DNA of 64,000 bases from Candidatus Bathyarchaeia archaeon (GCA_050015395.1 JBEKBM010000011.1:1-64000); one strand, 5' to 3'; shown: positions 28,161-38,820, counted from the first letter of the stretch. The notes: generated from the letters alone by a model not told the origin. A program made the numbers and translations.

Positions 28161-28712
28161 ATGAGAAATATACTGAGAAATATACTGAAAAATCGTTTGG
28201 CTCTAAGTACAGTCATTACAACGCTGATTATTCTAGTGGTTGCAGTGCTTCTTGCAGGTGTCGTAACTTACTTTGCTATCAACATCGTAAGCACCAGGGT
28301 TCAACAGGAAAGTCTTCAGATTTCATACGCTCACATTTGGGTCGACTCAAGCGGTAATGCCATAGGTGCGCTTATGATAACGAACACTGGCGGACGCGAC
28401 GTCGTCATCAACCAGATCCAAGTGCGTGGACAACCAGTCAATTGGGATAATACAACGGCAGCGGTGTATGCTGGAACACCCAAGTCAACTGATACAGACT
28501 TATCGTACATTGCAGCATCGGCCTTAGGCTCAACCTATACCGCAACCTCAGGTCCCTTAACGTTATCTGCCGGTTCCTCTGTTGTCGTTTACACCATTTC
28601 ACCAGACAGTGTTAGCCTCAACGACATAGGCTCAACAATTGCTTTCACAGTCTTCACGGCACAAGCAATATTCTACCAAGAGGCAAACGTTCAAGCAGCA
28701 CCAGCAAGTTAA
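28161..28712 (+). CDS. Archaeal pilin/archaellin-like protein 2 (paralog)
   Basis: KNRLA/LSTVITTLIILVVAVLLAG; long nucleotide blocks identical to pilin 1. Confidence 0.88.
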   Translation: MRNILRNILKNRLALSTVITTLIILVVAVLLAGVVTYFAINIVSTRVQQESLQISYAHIWVDSSGNAIGALMITNTGGRDVVINQIQVRGQPVNWDNTTAAVYAGTPKSTDTDLSYIAASALGSTYTATSGPLTLSAGSSVVVYTISPDSVSLNDIGSTIAFTVFTAQAIFYQEANVQAAPAS

Positions 28713-28919
28713 GATTAAATAACCAAAAGAGTATCCCCCCCCTCCCCTCTTCTTTCTTTTTTAAAAAAAAGTATTATAGTTTTATGAACGAATTATTTTG
28801 GCTTTATTCCATGTTTTCGATGCTATTTGAAATAATATGTGAATTGTTCATACACACAAATGGCTTAATCCATTCTTCCAGCTTTTCTATAGTAAATGCA
28901 CATGTACGAGAGGATGTAA

Positions 28920-29759
28920 TTGGCGGTAATCTTGCATAGTCGACTCTTCAGAAGGTTTGTTCGATCTAAAGGTGCATTGGCATTACCGGTTACATTCCTT
29001 ATTCTGCTCGTGTCAACGCTAGGCATCATTACAGTTACCTATTACTTTGCAGTTGAAAACATCAACACGCAAAGCGAAGCTCTCAAGGTTTCCACAGCCC
29101 AACAAGACTTCATATCTTTGGACAATGATATTCTTTCAACTTTAGGGCAGCCTGGCTCCTCAAGCACGATTGACTTGAGTGATTCAGGCGGATTAACAAA
29201 CATTACCAGCAATATTCTAACCATCAACGTCACTGACAATTCTGACATCGATGAAACTATCTTTAACTCATCAGTAGGCCAAGTCACCTATGAACTTCCA
29301 TGTTCAGGCTCAATCGACACAGGATTTTACCTAGTAGGAGACAGCCAAACAATAACCAACCAAAGCGGCGCGTCACCAAGTCAGCTTTACATAACAAATG
29401 GACCTCAGGGACCTGAGATCCAGCTGCAGTACCGACCAACAGTGACATACGCTGCTGCTGGATATGAAGATGGTCAAGCCGTCTACGATGTTCGTATCTA
29501 CATTGTCAACCTGAACTCTTCAGCCCTAATAGCATGGGGCGGCGAGCTTCCCTTACAAATCTCCTGCACAAGTACACAATTAACAACTGAAACTTACAAT
29601 GTTCCCTACCAACCCGAACCCGTGAACTTAGTGATATCTTCTCAGTTGAACGGTGCCAGCGGAAGCGTTTCCATTCCGATTTCAAGCACGCATGAAGGCT
29701 CAATAATCTACATAGAAAAGGTAATTTCTAACGTATCAATCGAGAGGTGGATCAGGTAA
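28920..29759 (+). CDS. Minor pilin-like protein
   Basis: RSKGA/LALPVTFLILL class III-like signal. Confidence 0.75.
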   Translation: MAVILHSRLFRRFVRSKGALALPVTFLILLVSTLGIITVTYYFAVENINTQSEALKVSTAQQDFISLDNDILSTLGQPGSSSTIDLSDSGGLTNITSNILTINVTDNSDIDETIFNSSVGQVTYELPCSGSIDTGFYLVGDSQTITNQSGASPSQLYITNGPQGPEIQLQYRPTVTYAAAGYEDGQAVYDVRIYIVNLNSSALIAWGGELPLQISCTSTQLTTETYNVPYQPEPVNLVISSQLNGASGSVSIPISSTHEGSIIYIEKVISNVSIERWIR

Positions 29760-29762
29760 ACA

Positions 29763-30203
29763 ATGGTGACGATAATTCCAGGTTACGTGTACTCGATTTT
29801 TGCAGCCCTTATCGTTGGCGCAATCATAGTTTCCAGTTGCAGCTTTTCAATGGTAAACGTAAAAAATGAAGCTGAAAGCCAACAGTTAGCCAATATTGAT
29901 GAATATGTAGCAGCACAAAGCCTAACTCTTATTACGCATGTAATCCAAGACGGCCAAAGTACTGCTCTGTTTCTGGATCTTCCTTCACAAATCGGAAACC
30001 AAGAATACTCGATATCAATAGCAAACGACTCGTCCAGTGCATGGGTTGAATCTGGCTTTGGAACAGCCGTCCAAAGTCAACCACAAATATACATACCTGC
30101 CGAAATTAACGCATCAGGAACTTTTGTTAGTGGTTTGGGCAGGGCTTTTCTGCAATGTTACTACCAAAACCAGACTGTTACTTTAAAATTAATTAGTGAG
30201 TGA
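29763..30203 (+). CDS. Pilus-associated protein
   Basis: N-terminal hydrophobic helix, LDLPSQIGNQEYSI; operonic. Confidence 0.7.
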   Translation: MVTIIPGYVYSIFAALIVGAIIVSSCSFSMVNVKNEAESQQLANIDEYVAAQSLTLITHVIQDGQSTALFLDLPSQIGNQEYSISIANDSSSAWVESGFGTAVQSQPQIYIPAEINASGTFVSGLGRAFLQCYYQNQTVTLKLISE

Positions 30204-31786
30204 TTGAATTGAACTTAGGCAAAAAGAAACAAGAAATCCAAGAAAAAGAAAAAACCTCAGACGAGGAAATGATAGCCTACTTAGGCATTCAGGGCTATCA
30301 GGTGCCTGAAGGTTACACACAAGTTGAAAGTTACCCCCTCAATCCCCCGTTCTCTTATGCCTGGATATTCCAAGACGACTCTGAAGGAAGCTTCTTCTAC
30401 GTTGTTGATGAACTCCCCATGTCAAGAGAAGAAAGAGAATCCTACAAGCGCCTAAAAAACATTCTTGAATATGAGCTTAAAGCCCCAAGAATAGATGAAA
30501 CGCTTGTTGCATCGTTCCACAGACAGCTTCCAACCATACTAGAAGAGCACCAAAAAGCTCTCGAAGGAACCGACCAAGTGGGTCTAAGAAAAATCTCTTA
30601 CTACATTGAAAAAGACTTGATAGGTTACGGAAAAATCGAAGGGCTCATAAACGATCCGTTAATAGAAGATATAAGCTGTTTAGGCCTAAACAAGTCCGTT
30701 TTCATTTATCATAGAAAATACGCTAACGCACGAACCAACATTATTTTTACTGATGAGGAAGAATTAGACGATTTCATGACAAGAATAGTACACAGACAAG
30801 GCAAACACGTAAGCATAGCTCACCCAATAGTGGACTTAACCCTTCCAGGAAAGCACAGACTTGCAATATCCTTCGGAAAAGAAACAACCCCAGCTGGAAC
30901 AAGCTTCACTATAAGAAAGTTCAAAGAAGACCCATTAACCATCGTGGACTTGATAATCAACGAAACAATTGACGAGTCAATCGCAGCGTACCTTTGGATG
31001 CTAATGGAAAACAAAATGTCAGTCATGATTGTAGGCCCAACAGGCGCAGGAAAAACAACCGCCTTAAACGCTATTGCATGTCTGGTACGACCAGAACTTA
31101 AAATGATTTCAGTTGAAGAAGTTCAAGAAATTAATTTGCCACAGGAAAACTGGGTGTCAACTGTTGCACGAACAGGATTCGGAGGAGACAGCGAAGGCGA
31201 AGTCACACTCTACGACTTAATAAAATCAGCCGTTAGGCACAGACCAGCATTAATCCTTGTAGGCGAAATCAGAGGCGACGAAGCATACGTTCTCTTCCAA
31301 GCCTTAGCAACAGGACACGGTGGATTATGCACAATGCACGCTGACGACGTAGAAACAGTCATTAAACGGCTAACACAGCCACCCATGAACATCCCACAAA
31401 ACATATTGTCACTGATGAACTGCGTAATAGTTGTCAAGCAAGTCAAAACCTCAAGCATCTACCCGCTAGAACGAAGAATGTCTTCCAGAAAATTTGTTAG
31501 TGTCGCTGAAATCGATAATAACGGTGTCCCACATGAAGTTTTTAATTGGAACATGTCCTCAGACACTTTTCAACAAAACCTAGATAAAAGCTATTTACTA
31601 TCTAAAATAGCCAAAAACCTCGATGCTCCTTTAAGCGTTGTTCAACAAGAGTTTGAACGAAGAAAACAAATTATGCTAAAAATGGTCGAGAAAAACCTTC
31701 GCGACTTCAGAAGCGTCCACAAAGCATTAAACAGTTCACTTATCCTCTCGGAGTTAGCCGCTAAAGAACAGTCAAAGGTGCAATAA
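30200..31786 (+). CDS. Type IV pilus/archaellum assembly ATPase (PilB/TadA/ArlI family)
   Basis: DPLIEDISC, FTIRKF, GPTGAGKTT, RHRP, VGEIRG, TGH, TMHA. Confidence 0.96.
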   Translation: MIELNLGKKKQEIQEKEKTSDEEMIAYLGIQGYQVPEGYTQVESYPLNPPFSYAWIFQDDSEGSFFYVVDELPMSREERESYKRLKNILEYELKAPRIDETLVASFHRQLPTILEEHQKALEGTDQVGLRKISYYIEKDLIGYGKIEGLINDPLIEDISCLGLNKSVFIYHRKYANARTNIIFTDEEELDDFMTRIVHRQGKHVSIAHPIVDLTLPGKHRLAISFGKETTPAGTSFTIRKFKEDPLTIVDLIINETIDESIAAYLWMLMENKMSVMIVGPTGAGKTTALNAIACLVRPELKMISVEEVQEINLPQENWVSTVARTGFGGDSEGEVTLYDLIKSAVRHRPALILVGEIRGDEAYVLFQALATGHGGLCTMHADDVETVIKRLTQPPMNIPQNILSLMNCVIVVKQVKTSSIYPLERRMSSRKFVSVAEIDNNGVPHEVFNWNMSSDTFQQNLDKSYLLSKIAKNLDAPLSVVQQEFERRKQIMLKMVEKNLRDFRSVHKALNSSLILSELAAKEQSKVQ

Positions 31787-31789
31787 CAA

Positions 31790-33307
31790 ATGACTGCTTC
31801 TGGCGGTTTTATCGGCAAAATATTCGGTTCACTATCTAAGGCTACTAGTGAAGAAAAAGAGAAAACCGAACAGGAACTGCCATTCGCAGTAATGATTTTC
31901 ACGCTTATGGCTGCAAGCGGAATATCCCCCTACGACAGCTGGAAAAAAATGCGAAAGCTTACCTTCCTTCCAGCATTCAAAAAAGAAGCGGACGAAGTCG
32001 TGCGCCAAGTTGAAGTTTTAGGCAAAGACCCTTTAAGTGTCATGCAGATGCGCGCAGAAACCACAGCCTCCAAGCTATATAGAAATTTTCTGGGCGGCTT
32101 TGTTTCTTCAATTAGAAGCGGCGGAAAAATGGTTGATTACATGAAAAGCCAGTTGAAAGCAATCTTTGAACTGCGATACATTAATCTGAACCGATCAATT
32201 GAGCGAATCGCCACTTTGGTTGAAGCCTACTCGGTCATGCTGATTGTTGTGTTATGCTCGTATATTCTTTTTGTTGTTTTATCATCATCAAACGTTATGT
32301 CGCTGCTGGTAAGCAGTTCAGTATCCACTTCGCCTATGCTGTCTTACTTAATAGCGTTTATCATTATGCCTGTGGGATCGTGCATCTTCATTTTGATGGC
32401 GCATAACCTGCAACAAAGCGCTTTCCCCGACCTGAAAGACCTCTACAAAAAAGCCTTATTCTTCATACCACCTGTATTCGCCATAATAGCTCTCATCGCA
32501 ATTGTTCCTCAACTATCACAAGCAGTAAGCCCCGTGGGGTTACCTGCAATCACTACCATAGGCTTAGTTGCTGCTTCACTGCCGATTGCATTCCAATATT
32601 GGCGCATCTCAAAAATCAACTACAACGCAGAAGAATCACTTCCCAGCTTCATAAGAGACGTAACAGAATCACAAAAAACCGGGCTTTCACCAGAAAAAAG
32701 CATAATACAAGCTACAAAACGCAAAGATTACGGACCCTTCTCCAAATTTTTAGATTTAATGCGTAGCCAAATCGAATGGGGCATACCTTTAAGAAAAACT
32801 TTTGATAACATACGTAAGGAAATTCGAAGTTGGTTTGTCACAGTTAACTTTGCCATGCTGGTGGAAACCATTGAAATCGGCGGCAACTCAACCCAATCGC
32901 TAGAGATACTTTCGGAATATAGTGAAAAAGAACACGAATTACAAGTCAATCGGCGTGAACTTTTGAAGCCTTACATACTTCTTGCTTTCATATGGAGCGG
33001 ATTAATCGCTGTCACAACCACCATAGTTGCCTTAACCACTAACTTAACCACCAGCATGATGACAACTGTTAACAACACAAACCTCGCATCAGTCGCTTCA
33101 ATATCCATGTCAAGTCAGCTTAACATGTTCTCTGTGGGCATTATCATTCAATGCTGGATCTCAGGGTTCTTCATCGGAAAAATCAGCGAAGGCAACCTGG
33201 GCGCTGGATTTAAACACGCAGCATTGCTGGCAGCAACCGCATACGTGTCTTTGGTTGTCTCTCAAATTGTTCTTTCACGCCTTTTTGGAGGACTAACCGG
33301 CACTTAA
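31790..33307 (+). CDS. Type IV pilus membrane platform protein (PilC/TadC/ArlJ family)
   Basis: Two T2SSF-like repeats (ELPFA...ASGIS; ESLPSFIRD...TGLS), GKISEG. Confidence 0.92.
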   Translation: MTASGGFIGKIFGSLSKATSEEKEKTEQELPFAVMIFTLMAASGISPYDSWKKMRKLTFLPAFKKEADEVVRQVEVLGKDPLSVMQMRAETTASKLYRNFLGGFVSSIRSGGKMVDYMKSQLKAIFELRYINLNRSIERIATLVEAYSVMLIVVLCSYILFVVLSSSNVMSLLVSSSVSTSPMLSYLIAFIIMPVGSCIFILMAHNLQQSAFPDLKDLYKKALFFIPPVFAIIALIAIVPQLSQAVSPVGLPAITTIGLVAASLPIAFQYWRISKINYNAEESLPSFIRDVTESQKTGLSPEKSIIQATKRKDYGPFSKFLDLMRSQIEWGIPLRKTFDNIRKEIRSWFVTVNFAMLVETIEIGGNSTQSLEILSEYSEKEHELQVNRRELLKPYILLAFIWSGLIAVTTTIVALTTNLTTSMMTTVNNTNLASVASISMSSQLNMFSVGIIIQCWISGFFIGKISEGNLGAGFKHAALLAATAYVSLVVSQIVLSRLFGGLTGT

Positions 33308-33323
33308 AAGGAGAAACAATGCG

Positions 33324-34376
33324 TTGCCATCAACCTCCATTGACACCTTCTTCGCATGCACAATCATTGTAGCCGTAGCTTTGATTGCAACCGCTTTTCT
33401 ATGCTCAACAATGCAAACCAGCATAAACAGCACACAAGACATCAACAAAGATAGTTACCTGCAATCCATAGCCGACTACATCATAACAAACCCTGGAGCC
33501 CCCGTCAACTGGGGAACCAGCAGCAGTGTTCCCGCCGACTTCGGATTAGCAGCCGCCAACTCCACAATCCCCTATGAACTAGACATAGATAAAATCACTC
33601 GGTTAAACAACCTAAACAGCTACGCATTATCCAACTTTAGCATGGAAAACGCCGCTAAACTAAACAATATAGCTTTAGGCATAACGGTTTCTCAAATTAT
33701 GTCCATAAGCATTGAACAACCAAGCACCAGCCCAGCAGGCAACGATGTATCTTTTACCTTCACGATTTTAACATACATTGATTCCGAACCCACAAGCGCA
33801 AACCTAACCTGCTATGTTGTAGCAGCAAACAACTCTCCGAGCGAGGTAACCAATAGCACTTTCATTGGGGTTGGCTACGTTACCGTTAAAATCCCAAGCG
33901 CAGAGACCGGTAACGCTATGCTTATTGTGTTCGCAAGAGCATCTTTCGACGACAGAATAACCTCATACGCAATCTACAACTTCCAAAATTCAACCCAGGA
34001 ATCAGCCCCAAGCAACAACATTTTAACTTTAACCCCGCTTAATTACACGCTAAGCTACACCACAAATTCAGCTGACTTAACGATCCAAAACGACTACATC
34101 TTCTCCTACACATATCAGCAGAATCTCACTCTCGTGCAAGGCAGCACAACTCAATACCTAATTCCAACAATAATTGACAATAGCCCCTTCGTCATAGTTC
34201 TCTGCGGTTTTCTCAATAACGGCACTTATTTTCAAGAATGGACCTCTTACCCTCAAGTTCCATTGAAAGCAGGTTCAAGCTTTGAGGATTCAGAGCAAAA
34301 CGTCTTCAGCTACCTCGTGACAATAAACGGTGTGCTCTATAAGGTTGATGTAAGTTTTGGAGATGTGATTTCCTGA
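33324..34376 (+). CDS. Pilus-associated secreted protein
   Basis: SIDTFFACTII hydrophobic N-terminus, PGAPVNWG, FGLA. Confidence 0.75.
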   Translation: MPSTSIDTFFACTIIVAVALIATAFLCSTMQTSINSTQDINKDSYLQSIADYIITNPGAPVNWGTSSSVPADFGLAAANSTIPYELDIDKITRLNNLNSYALSNFSMENAAKLNNIALGITVSQIMSISIEQPSTSPAGNDVSFTFTILTYIDSEPTSANLTCYVVAANNSPSEVTNSTFIGVGYVTVKIPSAETGNAMLIVFARASFDDRITSYAIYNFQNSTQESAPSNNILTLTPLNYTLSYTTNSADLTIQNDYIFSYTYQQNLTLVQGSTTQYLIPTIIDNSPFVIVLCGFLNNGTYFQEWTSYPQVPLKAGSSFEDSEQNVFSYLVTINGVLYKVDVSFGDVIS

Positions 34377-34402
34377 AACTGCTAAGAGACAAAAGAGGGC
34401 AA

Positions 34403-34807
34403 GTGCGCATAATAGAAGCGATTTTCGCTACAATCCTTTTGATGTCATGCCTAGCTCTTATTCCATCATCGTCAAGCGTGCCGGATTCAACAGGAAACCT
34501 TATTTCAACAGCTCAAAACGTCCTGTTAAGTTTAGACAGCAACGGGCACTTGGCAACCTTAATTGATAATCAAAATTGGACAGCGCTTAAAGATTGCTTG
34601 GAATCTGCTCTTCCGCTTACAGTATGGTTTAACTTAACAGTTTTCAACCAGACCATGAATATCATAAACCCTCCAAATTTTCCAATTTGCAACGCAGGCG
34701 CTGTAAGTGATAAAATCGTTTCAGTAGACTATGTTTGCGCAAGCCAAAACAGCACATATGCAATCTACATCCTTAGGCTGCAACTGTCAGAGGTAGGATT
34801 AACATGA
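34403..34807 (+). CDS. Minor pilin-like protein
   Basis: Upstream in-frame RDKRG/QVRIIEAIFA class III signal suggests the start is about 10 codons earlier. Confidence 0.75.
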   Translation: MRIIEAIFATILLMSCLALIPSSSSVPDSTGNLISTAQNVLLSLDSNGHLATLIDNQNWTALKDCLESALPLTVWFNLTVFNQTMNIINPPNFPICNAGAVSDKIVSVDYVCASQNSTYAIYILRLQLSEVGLT

Positions 34808-35571
34808 AAAAACGCAACCTAAAACACAACAGCTCAGGCCAAGTGATTATAATCACAGCTTTACTGGTAGCGACGCTTTTACTATCCACCGCCATCTATG
34901 TCATTGAAACCGAAAAAGAAGTGCCAACGGCTAACACCAGCGAAGAAAACGTTTTCCCAGCATACCAGCAAAGCATAAGAAACACTCTGATTAGTGCACT
35001 AGCAGATATAACCAACGGTAGTAAAACGAGCGTTTTAACCGATGACCTAAAAGAATTGAATGCGGCAATCACTTCCGACTCATACCAAGCCATGCTCCAA
35101 ATGAATTATACTCTGCTAAACGCAGCCAACACCTACCAAAACGGCATTTGGATCTCTTGGAATGGCAGTCAAGGAATCTCAAGTGATTATGTCCGTTTTG
35201 TCTTTAACTCTTCAGCACCTTCAACATCTTCCAGTTTGGCATTTGATGTACACGTAACTACAGAGGCCGATTTGAGCGGAAACTATTTCCAACTTAACAG
35301 CAGCTTCACGCAAGTAAACTTAACAGTCAACGTACTCAACGAGGGCAAACCAGCTTTAGCGCAAAACTTCACTTTTTACTTTGAGAATGCAACTGATGAT
35401 TTGGTAAAAGTGGATTCTCCAATCATAACCGATTTTGGGAATGGAACATATGCAGTGTCGTTTATAGCTGAAACAGATCAGCCAAGTGACCCTCTTCTTG
35501 TATCTATGCTTTGTCAGGATCAGCGAGGTATATTTGTTGGAGCGAATGTAACATGCAGCAACATAGCGTAA
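34804..35571 (+). CDS. Minor pilin-like protein
   Basis: HNSSG/QVIIITALL class III signal. Confidence 0.75.
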   Translation: MKKRNLKHNSSGQVIIITALLVATLLLSTAIYVIETEKEVPTANTSEENVFPAYQQSIRNTLISALADITNGSKTSVLTDDLKELNAAITSDSYQAMLQMNYTLLNAANTYQNGIWISWNGSQGISSDYVRFVFNSSAPSTSSSLAFDVHVTTEADLSGNYFQLNSSFTQVNLTVNVLNEGKPALAQNFTFYFENATDDLVKVDSPIITDFGNGTYAVSFIAETDQPSDPLLVSMLCQDQRGIFVGANVTCSNIA

Positions 35572-35602
35572 TAGTGCTTAACAAAAGGAGAGAAGCAGCA
35601 GA

Positions 35603-37141
35603 ATGAATCAAACGAAAGCATTAAAAATTCTAGTTGTAATCCTAACGGTTTCTATCATACTGACTCAAACCATAAGCGCTGCTCAGACTCCCTCTCCACT
35701 AACGGTTGACGATAATTTGGTAAACGTTCTACCAGCACACGTGATTTGGGAAAAAAACTATGGCGTCTTGGGAGATGACGACCGAGCATATAATGCGCTA
35801 GCAGCTGGTGACGGATATTTGGTTGTTGGTTCATCTGAATCGAATAAGACAGGCGTGACTGTTGGTTGGGTTTTAAGGCTTGATACGGATGGCAATGTTA
35901 TTTGGAACCAAACGTTCCTTGAAGGATCCGGCACGGAACTTAGGTTTGCTCTTAATTTGACTGATGGTTTCTTGCTTGTAGGCAACGAATTCTTGCCATC
36001 GGGAGATGAAAACGGATATGTCGCAAAAATAAACAGTCAAGGAGCATTAATATGGCAGACCACCATAAGCGGAGAAGGTCTCAACAAGCTCTTTTCAGCA
36101 ATTGCCACTCAAGACGGCTTTGTACTTTTTGGGTTAACCTACTCCAATGTAAGTGGAGACTCCGCTGCTTGGGTAGTCAAACTTGACACAAATGGCAATG
36201 TTGTTTGGAACAAAACCTACGGAAATGCCGCAGAGACTGCCGCAACAACCGGCGTTTTAGCATCAGATGGCGATTACATGGTGGCAGGTTACACGAACCC
36301 TCGAGGAGAAAGCAACTATGATTTTCTACTCATGCAAATTGACCCGGCTGGGAACATGATATGGAATAAAACCTATGGTGGAACAGGAAGCCAAGAAGCC
36401 TCTGCAATGACAAAAGCCTCTGACGGCTACGTAATCGTCGGAGACACCCAATCGCCAGATAGTAATATGCATGCGTGGGTGGTGAAGGTTGACTGGAACG
36501 GTACAATGTTATGGGCTAAAACAGTGGGGGGCAAAAACGCTGATTCGCCATCATGCATTACTCCTTCAGAGGATGGCGGTTACTTAGTCGGCGGCTTCAC
36601 TTTTTCTTTCGGCGCAGGAAATCGTGATTTTTGGCTCTTCAAAATCGACGATTCAGGACAAGTCATGTGGAGTTGCACTCAAGGCAACGCGGGTTACCAA
36701 GAAGCTTACAGCGTCATCGAAGCCGGAAAAAACCAATATGTTATGGTGGGGTGGACAGACCCACCTGGACAGCCTGCTTTAATCGGCAAGGCTCGATATA
36801 TGTTCTATATTGTAAACCTCAGCTATCCTCTAGATAGCAATGGGCTTTCAAGTTTTCAGTTTATCTCCTACGCCGTTATCGTATTTGCGATTTTACTGGC
36901 AGCTTGGTTTGTGGTGTTTAAACTTCGCCATAAACCGAATACTAATCAAACCGTTGATGAGCAAAGTAAGAATAAACCTAGCGGTTTTCAAAACTATTAC
37001 TACTTGTATTTACAAAACGGTCAGCTAAACAGACCCAACCCTTGCCCTCTTTTTGCTACCCAAACAACTAAGCAAAAAGCGTACCCATATCTGCACTTTA
37101 AAAGTATCTTTCAAGGCAATAGTGCGCCTACATATTGGTAG
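35603..37141 (+). CDS. Secreted beta-propeller repeat protein with C-terminal TM
   Basis: Repeated KLDxxGNxxWNKTYG units, DGGYLVGG. Confidence 0.85.
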   Translation: MNQTKALKILVVILTVSIILTQTISAAQTPSPLTVDDNLVNVLPAHVIWEKNYGVLGDDDRAYNALAAGDGYLVVGSSESNKTGVTVGWVLRLDTDGNVIWNQTFLEGSGTELRFALNLTDGFLLVGNEFLPSGDENGYVAKINSQGALIWQTTISGEGLNKLFSAIATQDGFVLFGLTYSNVSGDSAAWVVKLDTNGNVVWNKTYGNAAETAATTGVLASDGDYMVAGYTNPRGESNYDFLLMQIDPAGNMIWNKTYGGTGSQEASAMTKASDGYVIVGDTQSPDSNMHAWVVKVDWNGTMLWAKTVGGKNADSPSCITPSEDGGYLVGGFTFSFGAGNRDFWLFKIDDSGQVMWSCTQGNAGYQEAYSVIEAGKNQYVMVGWTDPPGQPALIGKARYMFYIVNLSYPLDSNGLSSFQFISYAVIVFAILLAAWFVVFKLRHKPNTNQTVDEQSKNKPSGFQNYYYLYLQNGQLNRPNPCPLFATQTTKQKAYPYLHFKSIFQGNSAPTYW

Positions 37142-37253
37142 CTCATTTTTGATAAGAAAATTTGCGAACTAAAATGGACCTGCCTTACCATTGGCAACCG
37201 CTGAAAACTATGGTAAAAAAAGCTTAAAAACGGCTGATCTGCTAATTAGCCGT

Positions 37254-38225
37254 TTATGTTTCAGTCAGTTTAGAGAATAGCATTTGCAGAAGCTTAATGA
37301 AGGAACTGTAGTTTGTCCATATTGCCGCCGTTTTGTACTTCTTCTTTGCATCCCCATCATTTGCCGCGTCTTCATGGAATGCAATCAATACTTCTTTATT
37401 ATCAGAAATCATAAAGCACGGCAAGTTTTGTTCATCAACAATTCGGTGGGATTCACTTAGCCATTGCAGTTGCCCGATGAAATAAGCGCTTTTTAACGAG
37501 TTATCAGTAACCAAGATAACATTTACTTTGTCAGCTTGATTTTTTAGTTTGTCAGAGAAATCGCTATAGTACAGCTGGGCTAAGTAGCCTGCTGAAGCGA
37601 AGACTTGAAACTCTTTTTCGGTTCTTTCAAGTAATTCATTAGCTTTCATGAGTACTTGCTGTTCACCCTCGAGCATTTGGAAAAGCTCTTTTTTCGCGTT
37701 TGCAACTTTCTGCTGAGGTATGGATTGCCAAAGTTCCACAAGGCTTGTTTTTTCCTGTTCTAAAAGCCTGATTTTTATTTTTTGCGCATCTACCAGCAAA
37801 TCAATGGCTTTATCCAATGGCACAGCTGTGAATTTTAGAGGTTTCTCGAAAATAGAAAAAACTACGCCTCTCTTCTCTAAATCTCTTAAGATTCGGTAAG
37901 TTTCAGTCCGATGAAGCGAAATTGCTTCCGCTATTTCTCCAGCCTTCATTTCACCTGCTCTTGCAAGATGCAAGTAAACTTTAATCTCGTTTTTAAGCAG
38001 TCCAAACCTTGAAAGTGTCTCTTCGATAGTTGATAATTGCTCATTGTATGATTGATCCTTCTTTACCAGTTTCCAAGATTCATTTTGCTTATCGTACACT
38101 TTCGTTAATTCTTGTTGTTTTTCCATTGTAAGTGCCATTGTGGGGGGTTCACCTTGTTTCTCAACATTTGGGGTACTGCTACCCAATTCTGACCATTTAT
38201 ATATAATATAATTACGACTTAACAA
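37254..38225 (-). CDS. TrmB-family transcriptional regulator
   Basis: FGLLKNEIKVYLHL...HRTETYRILRDLEKRG...KPLKF; true start probably near MALTMEK. Confidence 0.9.
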   Translation of the reverse strand: MLSRNYIIYKWSELGSSTPNVEKQGEPPTMALTMEKQQELTKVYDKQNESWKLVKKDQSYNEQLSTIEETLSRFGLLKNEIKVYLHLARAGEMKAGEIAEAISLHRTETYRILRDLEKRGVVFSIFEKPLKFTAVPLDKAIDLLVDAQKIKIRLLEQEKTSLVELWQSIPQQKVANAKKELFQMLEGEQQVLMKANELLERTEKEFQVFASAGYLAQLYYSDFSDKLKNQADKVNVILVTDNSLKSAYFIGQLQWLSESHRIVDEQNLPCFMISDNKEVLIAFHEDAANDGDAKKKYKTAAIWTNYSSFIKLLQMLFSKLTET

Positions 38226-38282
38226 TCTGAATTACAAATCCACATTTCAAAACGCAATCAAATAGCCTCTGCTTACAGGGCA

Positions 38283-38355
38283 GCAGCCTAGCTCAGTCTG
38301 GTGAAGCAGCTGGCTGTTAACCAGTCAGTCAAAGGTTCGAATCCTTTCGGCGGCG
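38283..38355 (+). tRNA. Degenerate tRNA-Asn(GTT), probable pseudo-tRNA
   Basis: TAGCTCAG D-arm start, GCTGG-CTGTTAA-CCAGT anticodon arm, AAAGG-TTCGAAT-CCTTT T-arm, 3' CGGCGGCG; 5' acceptor strand GCAGCC has a mismatch and lacks one base. Confidence 0.7.
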
Positions 38356-38680
38356 TTTCATTTCTTAGCTAACGCAAATTGAATATTTTCTAAACAATCT
38401 ATCAATTTAGCGCTCTCGCTTTACCTATAAGCTCTGTCTGCGTTTTTCTTGTACATAGTGGATGCCCTTGTAATCGTATTCCGATAATTTTTGAAAGTAG
38501 GTGGTACTTTTACGTTTATGAGCGGTTCTTTGCGTTCTTTTTCGTCGACGCACGCCAGTTACTTTATGGCTTGTTTGGGTGGAGAAGTTCTTTGATGTTT
38601 CCCACACATTTTGTGGTTCATGCCAGTATTTGAGGCATCTAACAGTAAAGTCCATTTAGTAACATCAAAAACAAATAATA

Positions 38681-38820
38681 CTATGTTAAAAAAACATGTT
38701 TCTATGTTGAAAGTGCGCGTATTAGTTTCTATGCAGTGCTATGTTGAATCATATTTGGCGTCTATTAGGCTCATCTAGTAGACCGGGAGGTAGGCTTGTG
38801 CACACACAAACGTCCTAAGA
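38681..38820 (-). repeat. Dispersed repeat family, long copy
   Basis: Reverse complement aligns with 52285-52449: TCTTAGGACGTTT, CCTCCCGGTCTACTAGATG, CAAATATGATTCAACATAG, CGCGCACTTT, CAACATAGAAA. Confidence 0.9.

Noticed and set aside
27384-35571. Archaellum (motility) operon
   Set aside because: No ArlH KaiC-like ATPase or chemotaxis genes seen; better described as a type IV pilus locus
38425-38655. 76-aa ORF next to the pseudo-tRNA
   Set aside because: Composition suggests a frameshifted remnant or spurious ORF; no motif
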